From Psammoneis japonica (taxonomy: Eukaryota): DNA of 64,000 nucleotides. Below the pieces are notes generated by a model that did no database searches, had not been told where the DNA came from, and saw only the letters and a program-made list of their open reading frames with translations. Location of the stretch: contig QPGO01000277.1 in NCBI GenBank assembly GCA_008632985.1, positions 1-64,000 on the forward strand. The letters run 5' to 3'. Each line of letters starts with the position of its first letter. Position 1 is the first letter of the stretch. Below, piece by piece: positions 48,266 to 59,281 of this stretch. Made by a program: the position numbers and the translations under genes.

Positions 48266-49500
48266 ATGTCATCTGATACCTCTGACCTTGATGGACAAAT
48301 CGAGAGGCTTCGAGACGGACATACATTAACGGAAAATGAAGTCAAAGCGCTCTGCGATAAGGTTCGTATCGGTGTTCCGCGTATTCACTCGGTTCAATCG
48401 GAACTCCGGATTCCCTGTAGAATCGTGTACCAAGTTCAACGTACAACTCACCTTTTTCCCTCTCACGTGTTGTTTTGCAGGCAAAAGAAATCTTACAGGA
48501 AGAGTCAAATGTTCAGCCTGTGCAGGCACCCGTAACGGTATGTGGGGACATTCATGGGCAGTTTTACGACCTGGCAGAGCTGTTTCGAATTGGGGGAGCT
48601 TGCCCAGAGACGAACTATTGTTTTATGGGAGATTACGTCGACCGTGGCTTTTATTCTTTGGAGACTGTGACTCTGCTCGTTGCGCTTAAAGTTCGATACA
48701 GGAATCGCATTACAATTCTTCGTGGGAACCATGAAAGTCGTCAGATTACTCAAGTGTAAGTAAATGCCAGGTATGTGGCTATTTTCTGAGGCGAATCGCG
48801 AGTCTCATTTTTCTTCTTTCCGTCTTTCTCGTGCAGGTATGGGTTTTATGACGAATGTCTACGTAAATACGGAAATGCTAATGTATGGAAGAGCTTCACG
48901 GACACATTCGATTATTTACCAATGACGGCTGTCGTCGCCGATCGTATATTCTGTCTGCACGGTGGACTCTCGCCTTCGATTGATACGCTTGATCACGCTA
49001 GAGATCTTGATAGAGTTCAGGAAGTGCCGCACGAGGGTCCCATGTGCGACCTTGTCTGGTCAGACCCCGACGACAGGTTGGGGTGGGGTATTTCACCACG
49101 GGGTGCCGGTTACACGTTTGGAAAGGATATCACAGAGCAGTTCACACACATCAATGGTCTGTTCTTCCTCGCTCGTGCACACCAACTTGTTATGGAGGGC
49201 TACCAGTGGCAGCACAATAGAGGTGTAGTTACCATCTTTTCTGCGCCAAACTACTGTTACCGCTGTGGCAACCAAGCCGCAATCATGGAGGTTGACGACA
49301 CTGCGGCATCCTGCAGCAAAGACGAAATCCACGATCATTGCAAGTTGTGAGTCAGCGCGTTTCGATCTCGTTATTGCCTACCTTATGCATGTGTTACTCA
49401 CGCATACTTTTTTCTGTCTTTCAACAGCTCGCAATTTGACCCTGCACCGAGAGACGAAAACTGGCACAAGAGCCCAAGAACTCCGGACTACTTCCTCTAA
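48266..49500 (+). CDS. PP2A-C: Ser/Thr protein phosphatase 2A catalytic subunit (4 exons)
   Basis: [44 protein letters not shown]-terminal RTPDYFL. Confidence 0.95.
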
Positions 49501-49802
49501 GTCACGTCCTATCAATTGGTGTGACTTTGTTTCCTGTCGCTTGTTTGGTGGACACGCAACAGCATGTGGCGGATACGAGAAAACATGTGGTCACGCGATA
49601 TATGCTAAGGTTAACGATTCTCTAGTATTGTCCTTTTTGTCCCCTGTACTAGGCTGCATTGTTTTAGCTTTTGCCTTTTCTATGCTGTGGGTGTGCCGCG
49701 GCACCTTGCCTTCTCTCAAACCCCTCTCGATGACATAGGAAGCAGAGTATCTTTTTAGGAGGATGCAGGGCAAGTCGAAGAATCAAACACATCACAACGC
49801 AA

Positions 49803-49985
49803 ACTAGTAGCTTTCCTTCTAACACAATCTGAAATCAACAACGACAAAACCACATGATCACAAGCCTCTCTCTAGTAGAGAGCTAGACCTAGTTGAGGGG
49901 CTCTATAGCTTTAGAGCCTCTCTCTACTCTACTAGCTCTCTACTCTAGAGTAGTAGAGAGTAGGGCCTAAGAGTAGGGCTACAGG
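49803..49985. repeat. CTAG/TAGAG-rich low-complexity tract upstream of RPL4
   Basis: ctctctagtagagagctagacctag...ctactagctctctctactctagagtagtagagagtaggg. Confidence 0.75.
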
Positions 49986-50143
49986 TAAGGGTCTAACAAA
50001 CAACATCGTTCTCTCGCGGACGTCCGTCCTGCTCCCGCGGATAATCTGACGCGCGTGCTTGTGCGTTTTGGTTTGGTTGCGTGCTGGTGGCAACTCGCGC
50101 GGACTGCCGCACAACTTTTCTCTTGTTTGCAACTTCTCGAAAG

Positions 50144-50457
50144 GTATGTTTCGATTTTGACGATGGTATACACCTAGAATTGCGACGTTGAATTGTGTTC
50201 GCACAAACTTTTGTTTGATATATTGAGCCGATTATACCGTTTTGGTTGGTTGCACCTCAGGATTTGTCTTTTGTTGTCGATGGGACGACAAAGGCGTTGC
50301 TCCATGGCGTGAGATTTTCAGTCTTGATGCGTCGTAGACAGCCTGTACATTTTGTACTGCGAATTTTTTCGATTCTAGTATGCGGTAACTGACCCGCCGA
50401 CCGCCACATTTTTTCGCTCACCAGTCTTTTTTTGTTGTTGGACCTCTAACCCCTCAG
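50144..50457 (+). other. Probable 5'-UTR intron of RPL4
   Basis: Donor aag|gtatgt after a pyrimidine-rich leader; branch-like ctaac and acceptor cag at 50457, 60 nt before the ATG. Confidence 0.6.
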
Positions 50458-50517
50458 TGGTAAACAACCCAGCCGGACCGCATCTGAGGATCGCAGATAC
50501 CCCACGTTTTTGACACC

Positions 50518-51666
50518 ATGGCCGCCCGCCCGCTTGTTAGCGTGTTCTCCCTCTCGGGAGACAAGTCGGGAGAGACGACTCTCCCCGCCGTCATGACGGC
50601 TCCCCTTCGTTCTGACATTGTTCAGTTTGTGCACACCAACATGAACAAGAACAAGCGTCAGGCATACGCTGTTTCCATCTACGCCGGTAAGACGCCTTCT
50701 GCCTCTTCCTGGGGTACTGGACGTGCTGTCGCCCGTATCCCTCGTGTTGGTGGTGGAGGTACCTCCCGTTCTGGACAGGGTGCTTTCGGTAACATGTGCC
50801 GTGGAGGTCGCATGTTTGCTCCCACCAAGACCTGGCGCAAGTGGCACCGCAAGATTAACACTACCCAGAAGCGTTATGCGGTTGCTTCTGCTCTTGCCGC
50901 CACCGCTGTCCCTGCTCTTGTCATGGCTCGTGGACACGTTATCGACAATGTTCCTGAAATTCCTCTTGTCGTTGACAACGGCGTCGAATCCACCAAGAAG
51001 ACTTCCCAGGCCAAGGACATTCTTGCCGCTGTGGGTGCCCTCGATGATGTCGAAAAAGCTGCCAGCTCCAAGCAGGTTCGTGCTGGTAAGGGTAAGATGC
51101 GTAACCGTCGTTACACGCTCCGTCGCGGACCGCTTGTTATCTACGCCAAGAATGATGGCGTCGAACAGGCCTTCCGTAACTTGCCTGGTGTGGAACTATG
51201 CTGCGTGGAACGCTTGAACCTTTTGCAGCTTGCCCCCGGTGGACACATGGGACGCTTCTGCGTTTGGTCCCAGGCTGCCCTCGACGCACTTGACACCATT
51301 TACGGAGAAGGCGGAAAGCGTATTCCTACGGCTGCCATGACAAACGCCGACCTTGCCCGTATCATCAATTCGGACGAAATCCAGAGCGTGCTCAACCCTG
51401 CCAAACCTGGCCAGACCGTCTACGCTCCCAAGGCCAACCCTCTCCGCAACACGGAAGCTCTCGAGAAGCTTGATGCGTACGCCGCTGCGGCCCGTCGCAC
51501 AGAGACTCTTGCCATGAAAGCCCGCTCCGAGAAGAAAGCAGAGATTCTTGCCAAGAAGCGTGGCATTCGCAAGGAGAGGAAGCAATACAAGGCTCAGGGT
51601 AAGGCTTTCTACGAACAGGCTTCCAAGCAAGGAAGTGTTTGTGAGGATGGTTTCGATATGGCGTAG
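50518..51666 (+). CDS. RPL4: 60S ribosomal protein L4 (uL4)
   Basis: [49 protein letters not shown]. Confidence 0.98.
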   Translation: MAARPLVSVFSLSGDKSGETTLPAVMTAPLRSDIVQFVHTNMNKNKRQAYAVSIYAGKTPSASSWGTGRAVARIPRVGGGGTSRSGQGAFGNMCRGGRMFAPTKTWRKWHRKINTTQKRYAVASALAATAVPALVMARGHVIDNVPEIPLVVDNGVESTKKTSQAKDILAAVGALDDVEKAASSKQVRAGKGKMRNRRYTLRRGPLVIYAKNDGVEQAFRNLPGVELCCVERLNLLQLAPGGHMGRFCVWSQAALDALDTIYGEGGKRIPTAAMTNADLARIINSDEIQSVLNPAKPGQTVYAPKANPLRNTEALEKLDAYAAAARRTETLAMKARSEKKAEILAKKRGIRKERKQYKAQGKAFYEQASKQGSVCEDGFDMA

Positions 51667-51781
51667 GCTTTTTTCTCAAGTGTAATAAAAGCAGTTATCT
51701 TCCTACAAAACGTTTCCTCTAGAGTGTAGCTTAGGGCCCTGTGTGTTTCTCTAGGGTTAGGTGGCGGCTTCCATGTCTGAA

Positions 51782-53374
51782 TCAAGAGAATTGCATTCTG
51801 AAAGAGTTTCTAAAGTCGCGCTGGTGGAGGAAGAGGTTGGCTGTGAATTTTGTGCCTCTCGTTACAGGAAGAACCTCGTGATGCAACTTATTCTCTGCTT
51901 CATTGGGATCATTGTCCAAAACGTTTGCCCAAAGCACCGCCTTTCCTTTCTTTGGAGTAATTTTCTTTTTGTGGAGTACCCCAAAATGAGTTTCCCCGCC
52001 TTGAAAATCATCGTTGAGAAAGAACGTGAACGTCAAAATACGAACTCCACAGGGTCGCACCTTGTGAATCACGTTGTAGTCGTGGTGAACACCATGTCGC
52101 TGACCCCTTTGATATCGGGATAGCTGAAGCGGCTCTGCGTGTTCTTTCGGCACACCCGTCAAATTCGCAACACGATCAAGTAACCGTTGAATCACGGGGT
52201 CTTCTTCACAAGTATAGTCACACCAGCTACGGAATGGGGTGTTGTAGGAAGAAGCCCTGAACGAATAGGTTCCACCCACTTTGACTTCAATCGTCACTTC
52301 TTCAGATCGTCCATAGACGCGTCGCTCACCATGATACAGCATTCGTTCAATTTCGTCGTCGGAAAGAAAGTTGTCAAACGTAAGAAACCACGGTCCAGGA
52401 TTCGATGTTGTTCCCTCTTTGTAGGGACGATAAAGAATTGATGGAGAGTACCCAGCGAAATCATCTCTCTCGATCATTGTCTCAAACAAATCAGTCAAGT
52501 CTCCCTTCTTCTTGAGAACATCAATTGCATTATTCGAATCCATTTCACATTGTTTTGCTACATCAACCACATTGCAACTGTGGCAGGCAGGGGCGCACAA
52601 AGGATTGTATTGCCGGGTTTCTGCAGTGACCTTGTGCCGCCCATATTGAACACATTTCATTTCCATTACGACAAAGTTCTCGTGCCGCGGCGCTTCTTGG
52701 ATCAGCCATTACCTGGCGCATATAATGTATGCTTTGATGAATTACAGCGGCCACCAACGTGTTGTTCTCGTCTTGTTTCTGTCGAACGCCAAAGTCGACC
52801 CTATTGTTTGAAGCAGAAAAGGAGTGAGCGCAGCCCAGAAACCCAATAAGCAATTCAGAAGATATTCATTAAGCTCACGTTTGACTAGTGCTGGACTTGC
52901 AGGCTTTACATGCTTTGGGACAGTTCGACAGCATGAAATAGGGGTTCCTTGCGCATTGATTCTGTCTTTCCCATGTTGCGCACTGAGCATGATTGTCAAC
53001 GCAAGGCTCGGTAGAAACTGGTTCATTCCTACTCATTAACGAACGAAACAGTACCTTAGATGGAATATTGATCGGTGACTCCAACATGAGACACGTATTA
53101 CTTACGTTCTACATACAAAACAGCTTCTTGGGCATTTCTTGCTCATGAAATCAATGTTTACAACGCATTCTCCCTGATGCTCCCAAGCCGTACAACGGTC
53201 GTCCAAGTCTTTACACTCATCGGTGGTTCTCGAGGCGTCGGTAGAACTTGTGGAGCTCGACGGTTCATGCTCATCATGATGCAAGCATTTTCCGTCAATC
53301 GACACGCAATCGCCGAGAACTTGTGACGACAATGACGAAAAAACCAAAGGCACAAGAATCTGTTGGACCTTCAT
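51782..53374 (-). CDS. Secreted ShK-domain prolyl 4-hydroxylase-like protein (multi-exon)
   Basis: Signal peptide; ShK repeats (CKDLDDRCTAWEHQGEC..CPRSC, CVDNHAQCATW); catalytic motifs HHDY, RILTFTFFLND, GGETHF, LHHEVLPVTRGTKF. Confidence 0.88.
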
Positions 53375-53785
53375 CGCTGCTTCCAGTTTCGTCGCCCTTT
53401 AATATCTGCTGCACTTTACTCTGCAGTGCGTGAAGGACAGAAATTCTGCTCGACTACAGCATCAACCGTCATTGCGTGTGTTGCTGAAGGAAGGCAGAAA
53501 TCGGAAATCTTTCGGCGGATTTGACGTTACACAAATATTCAGAACTGAGGTTTTTGATACGATTTTAAAAAAATTCAATGATGGACTTGTTCGACTCGCT
53601 GGGACAAACTGACGTCAGTGATGGCAAAAAAATCCATCGAAACAAATCCGACATCGACGACCCATCGCATCGATCAAATCCATCATCGCCATCTATCTTC
53701 CACCAACCAACTCCATAATTCTACGTTGCTGACTTGTCGCAGGTTGCAGAATACATCATAGTTTTAAGCCACCATCAGACCAACC

Positions 53786-54082
53786 ATGAAGTCCTTTATC
53801 ATTTCCGCTTTTCTTTTGTCGCAGGCAGCCGCCTTTACCTTTGTTTCTAGTCCCAGGGTTATTGAAACGAGGCTATTCGAGAAGGGAAAGATCAACGACA
53901 AGATTGACCTCGACAGCCCAAAGGTTGCTACCATGGAAACCCTTACTGGCAAGACCAAGAAGGTGTACTGCCGCTGCTGGGAGTCTGGAACCTTTCCGCT
54001 GTGTGATGGCTCGCACATGAAGCACAATGAAGCCACTGGTGATAACGTTGGGCCTCTTATCGTCACCGTCAAGGAGGAGTAG
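53786..54082 (+). CDS. Plastid-targeted CDGSH iron-sulfur (NEET) protein
   Basis: Signal peptide ending AAA-F; YCRCWESGTFPLCDGSHMKHN..TGDNVGPL. Confidence 0.95.
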   Translation: MKSFIISAFLLSQAAAFTFVSSPRVIETRLFEKGKINDKIDLDSPKVATMETLTGKTKKVYCRCWESGTFPLCDGSHMKHNEATGDNVGPLIVTVKEE

Positions 54083-54719
54083 ATCTTCAAAGCTACGAAG
54101 ATATTGTCGCTGAATGAGTCATTACTCAAGAATCAAAGACATGTTTTGCTTTTTATCTGAAGGAATTTCGACGAACTAGAGAGCACTACCTAAATGCATA
54201 CCCATTGAATCTTAAAGTTGTGTCTACAATGGATTCTATCAATGAAATCTAGAATGTTTCGTGAAAGAGTCACCCACGCTCCTTCCATACCGTTGACTCG
54301 TTCACAGCTGATCGTACATTGCATGGCATGATAGAGGAATGAGACCCTCAGAGTAGATTTGTGCGGATCTATTGCTTTTCAGTTTTTTGAATTGATTTCG
54401 TTTTGGCTCGACCGAGAACTTTTTATATCGTCAAACGAACGATCTTCGATCACACAATCACGACTGATTTAGTGTTTGTCTGACTGAGAACTCCCAAGCA
54501 AGCAATGCATTATCCTGTTTTAAACAAGCAGCGTGAATGAACGCTCTCATTAAGTTTCGGCCTCGTTTGCAGATGTCGCAGGAACCCCTACTGTATCTCC
54601 AGTAGTAGTGAAACGGCAAGGAAATATTGGCTGGCAATGTTGTTGAGCTCCATCTTTATGCACGCCGCGACACACCATAGACTACGAAACGAGCAAACTT
54701 AAACAAGATTGGAACGAAG

Positions 54720-54962
54720 AACTAGTAGAACACATCTAGCTAGGACAAACACCAACTAGTAGTACCGGTAGTTGCTGGATACCATTTTACCTCACATTAG
54801 AAGCCCTACAAGAGAGTAGAAAAACTATATGAAACAAAGTACAGTGGGCTAGCTAGAATACAAGGATCACTAGAGACAATGTAGGGCCTACAAGTGAATT
54901 GCGCATGATTCTACTAGAGCTACTAGTCTAGAGGTAGCCTCTCATCTCTAGCTAGAGTAGAG
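54720..54962. repeat. CTAG/ACTAGT-rich low-complexity intergenic tract
   Basis: actagtag, tctagctagg, actagtagtac, gctagctag, ctactagagctactagtctagagg, tctagctagagtag. Confidence 0.7.
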
Positions 54963-55131
54963 ACCATCCTGAATCCGTGACTCCCATTCATGATGTGCTT
55001 CTTTTTGCCAAAACTGAGTCGTGATTAGCCATCTTCACGACTTAAAAATCTCTCATTTCAAGCGATTCACGACCAAAGTTTTGTTCGAAATCGTTCCAAA
55101 ATCGGAAATTCGCTAAATCGTGATCGATAAT

Positions 55132-55143
55132 TGCCACGTGGCA
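55132..55143. promoter_or_regulatory. Perfect 12-bp palindromic G-box (TGCCACGTGGCA)
   Basis: CACGTG core with symmetric flanks, about 110 bp upstream of the ATG at 55253. Confidence 0.5.
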
Positions 55144-55252
55144 GTCCCGTTTTCCCAAGTCCCACTTCTGTCTGACACTCTCTCTTTTTGTCATTTCGTT
55201 CTGTTCTCACAATTCAAGTCACAAGACGCAAAACAGAATACAGCAGCCTATC

Positions 55253-55564
55253 ATGTCTAAGGGAATCGCAAAAGCCATCGCTGAGACCGTTTGGGGAAAA
55301 CCGGCGTTCAAACCGAAGGAGTTCATCGTGGTTGGAGTGGATCAAGAAGATGATGTTAACCGCTGGAACGACGACGAAAAGCCGACTGCAGAAGAGCAAT
55401 GGTATGGAGTCTCAAGCACAACCCAGCCCGAGGCAGTAAAACATGGCGAACGGGTCAATGCGGTCAAGGAGTTTACTGTCGTCTCTTCGAATTTTCAACC
55501 AACTGAAACCTGGGAAGAAGAAGTTCGCACTCCCAGCGAGTTATGGTACGGAGACTACAATTGA
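55253..55564 (+). CDS. Small hypothetical protein (103 aa) with an internal repeat (KEF.VV ... WYG)
   Basis: Good ATG context (atcATGtct); KEFIVVG/KEFTVVS and EQWYG/ELWYG each occur twice; ETVWG near the N-terminus. Confidence 0.7.
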   Translation: MSKGIAKAIAETVWGKPAFKPKEFIVVGVDQEDDVNRWNDDEKPTAEEQWYGVSSTTQPEAVKHGERVNAVKEFTVVSSNFQPTETWEEEVRTPSELWYGDYN

Positions 55565-55745
55565 TTTGTGGCTTGAACTCAAGTAGATTGCGGTGGCATG
55601 CAATAGCCACCTTACACGCTAATGGAAAAATAAATAAAAGCTTTCTCAATCTTCTTTGTTTCTCATAGTAAGTAGTCTTACAAGGCTTTGGTGGTCTCAG
55701 CGCACGGTGCTGCAAAGCGAACCGCCGCAATGACTTAGATCTGGT

Positions 55746-58362
55746 CTAAATCGATGGACCGAGCATCAACCCCACAGCGCTCTCTTGTTCCAATCGACTG
55801 AATCTCCCAAGCTGCGTCGAACGGATAGCTCCCACCGGTGTTTGAACCTCAGTAGGGCGGTCCAATTTCTTCCGCTCTGAATTTTCCCTGACAAATGCCC
55901 TTGTCAACCCTTTGCACAAGGCTTCTCTGTCGGGATCTTGTTCAGCCTCTTCCGTAATTCCCCATTCTCATCGAATAACTTTCCAGTCATAATATCACCC
56001 TGCGTAAAACGTGACATGACAACATGGATTCCGTCCACATCAAAGGACGAATGGAACCTTTCGAACGAATCTCCGTTTTGATGTCGGTCTTCATCTCGAT
56101 GAAGAATCTGGATTGCCAGTTTCAGCAAGTCGTTGTACATGCACGGGTGTGCTAACGGAGCCACAACATCGCTGTCGTCTTCGTCGGCGGTTTCTTCCAA
56201 ACACGCCACAATGTTGCGTGCCATTGCTTCATCACTTTTCTCTTCAAAAAAAGCGTGGGCCACATCAAAGACGTGGATGAGCAACTTGACTTCTGGAATG
56301 CGCTTGGCAAACGATGAGTTGTCATCTTCACGAATGGATTCTACCATTTCTTTGGCAGCATCGTAGTCCCGGCCCATAGCCTCGGATACTTCCGTTTTCA
56401 CCAAGCTCTTCAGGAGCGCTTGGGATGCCGTGACCAGGTACGTCGTCAAGAACCCCCCACAGACTCCTGAACTTAGGACACGCTGCCAAGCACTCATGCT
56501 ATCTCCCTCGTTGCTGGCGTAGACATACTTTTCAAACTCAATACCTTGCAACAGCCAATGAACTGCGCCACCCGGTCGCTTGGCCTTGACATGATGACGG
56601 TATCGGGACAAGACCATACCAACACACCCGTCGAGTACATGAACACACTTGCGCTCCACCAGCTTTCGGCAATGATTCAACAAGCTTTTTGTTTCAACGT
56701 CCGTTTGTGGGGCGTACCGTTCCAATGTCTCTCCGAGGGTGGCCATGATTCGAACATCGCCACGGGGCGTTGCGTAGGGCAAAAGGATGCGGGTTGACAG
56801 AAGGATGGCCAAGTCAGCATAAGCAGGGTTGAGAGAGGACAAAATCGCTTCTGACGCAGACAGCAAGAGGTCCGTTTGGATGTTGGAAGAAGTATCGTCC
56901 GGAGGAGGCATGATGTTTGCTTCATTGAGCAGACTGGAGAGCAGCGCCGTCTGAAAAAGAAATGAGTAGTAGTGGCTGGGTGGTAAGCACGATGAAACTT
57001 CAATGTAGAATCAAGATAGAACAATGATGCAGAGTATCTTCTCACCAATGTTTCTGGCAAGGCGGCTCCACTACCGCCTCCATAGGTATGAAGAGCTTGA
57101 ATAACCTGACCGGCATTTCGTTGCATTACGTTCAGAACCAGGTTGTCAAAATCTTCCGCGGTATCTTCTCCGAATCCTAGGCTCCTGATGCGAGATGCCC
57201 GGACATGCATATCCTCGGGTCGGAGAGTGGGACGCAGGTACAGCAGTTCTGAACAGAGAGCTTCTCCCCAACATGAAAAGTCAGCATTGTCAAACTCGCC
57301 ACGCAAAATTTCGAGAATAGGCTGCAACTGCGGAACGCGTCTTGTCAATGCCGCAAGAGCTCTCGAACCAATCAGGTAACGATGCCACGTACTATGAGCC
57401 TCCTTGGCAGCATGTGGATTGTAGCTGAGCGGCAAGTCGTCAACCGAACTGGAACTGTTGTTTTCCCACAGCTTGTACGCCGAAGGCGGCAATCCGTCCA
57501 GCACGGTTTCGTTTGATGATTCGTCCTCCACATCGCTGTTAAAACCTGTATCATTCTGATCACTTCGTCCTCCGGGGAGAGGGGCCGACTGCAAAATTGC
57601 TTGCAGTTCTCTGAAGCTTTCCCGGTCTTGTGCCAGTGTAGCTGCGTGATATTCATCCAAAACATCACTACCAGCCATTGAAAAGGACCGTCGACAAAGT
57701 GAGTGGCGACTCAACAGGGACCAGGCGTCCTCGACACATCCGCGAAGAACAAGTATCTTGATCATGTCCCAGTATAAATCGAACTGTTCTGGCTGTGGCG
57801 ATTGTAAGATCTCCTCCATGGCAGACTCATTGGTATTTGCCGCCTTGAACGCATCCTCCATATGATGGAGACGCAGATAGCGTACCGTGTCGGCTGTTAG
57901 AGATCCTTGCATGGACATCATGTCTTCGAATTCTTCAGACGGCGGCGTTAGCAGATATACATCGGACACGTGCACAACAGCATAGGCGACCTTGAGGAGC
58001 TCCAAACTAGTCGGTCTGCCGTTTTCTTCGCCGTTGTTGGGTGCGTCGTCGGTAGAATCATCTTCTTCCCATCCACTCAGACAGTCGGATATGATTTTTC
58101 GATAAGATTTACAGAGCTCTTTGATATTCTTCCATTGTCCTCGAGGCTTGGTTGCATAATAAGCTTCGTGTGCCTCCGCCAGCAGCATCAGAGCTCTCTG
58201 TTCATGCTTGTTGCATCCAGCACCATCGTCGGCGAGAAACGTGTCGAATTGTAACTCGCCACCACCCTCAGCGTTTATCACCAACAAGAGAGACGAGGGA
58301 GATTGAGGATCCCAAATCACGGGCCGCTGTGGTTGCGATCCAGATGAAGACGACGACGCCAT
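55746..58362 (-). CDS. NUP85: Nucleoporin Nup85-like protein (intron ~57046-56952; frameshift near the 3' end)
   Basis: YWDMIKILVLRGCVEDAWSLL, LEILRG, WGEALCSELLYLRP, GGAVHWLL; helical protein of about 830 aa. Confidence 0.72.
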
Positions 58363-58547
58363 GGTGCACCTCTCTGTGGAAGGCGGCGGCAGAGCGCAAA
58401 AGATCTGCGTAGAAATCGTACTGAAGCTTTACGTAGGAAAGCAAAGCAATCGATCGTAGGCTCGCGCGCTCGTGAGACTCCATCGAAGGACGCAGGACGC
58501 GGCAGCACAACTAACAAAGCTCAAAGCCAAAGCGGAAAGCGGCGAGG

Positions 58548-59165
58548 ATGGCATCGATGTCGAAATGCGAAATTGAAAATGCATCCAATACGATCTCAAT
58601 CGGAATGGCCACTCCCATCAACGAGTCTATGAGTTCATCGGAAATCACCTCCGTCAGCTTGGCTGTCAAAGCCACCAGCAGTCGTGCTGGAGACTTGACA
58701 ATGCACCCGGAGGCGTTGGATTCCACTTCGCGATGCTCTTTTTTGCAGCCGCAGTCGCCGCTAACTTCGGAGCAGGAGCATTCCGTCACCTCCACTACGA
58801 GCAACGATTTAACTTCGTTGTTATCCGGTGAGGATTACTTCAAAGTCTCTCCTGCTTTTGTCGCGACGGAAACCCACAAAATGCTTTTGGACTGTGTTCG
58901 AAAGGGTAACAAGTGGCAGGAGGATTTGGAAATTGTTCAGGGTCTTACCGAGGCTGAATCCTGCGAGTGCTTCAGTGTTGCCGGAAAATATTTGCATTCC
59001 AATGTCTTTCCCGAGGGTGCTACGATCACAAAGCTCTTTCGTCACGCCAAAGCAGGGTGGGAACACCTTAGAAAGGTGGATGAACTCGCAAAGAAGTATC
59101 CGCAGGCGTTTGTCGACATAAATCGCCAAGCACTTGCGGAGGGAAAGCGAATGGGGGACTTTTAG
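58548..59165 (+). CDS. Hypothetical protein
   Basis: 205-aa ATG-initiated ORF divergent from Nup85; S/T-rich N-terminus and globular-looking C-terminus. Confidence 0.6.
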   Translation: MASMSKCEIENASNTISIGMATPINESMSSSEITSVSLAVKATSSRAGDLTMHPEALDSTSRCSFLQPQSPLTSEQEHSVTSTTSNDLTSLLSGEDYFKVSPAFVATETHKMLLDCVRKGNKWQEDLEIVQGLTEAESCECFSVAGKYLHSNVFPEGATITKLFRHAKAGWEHLRKVDELAKKYPQAFVDINRQALAEGKRMGDF

Positions 59166-59281
59166 TACGTGTACCAGGTATAAATTCGTGCTCTCACCGA
59201 GAAAACTGAGCGCACGGAAAAATAGGGGAGAATATTATCGAGTCTGTTGACAAATTGTAAACGTTCAAAGGATTATGCTGT

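Noticed and set aside
54100..55100. tRNA or other structured RNA gene in the long intergenic gap
   Set aside because: No cloverleaf or recognisable Pol III A/B boxes seen by eye.
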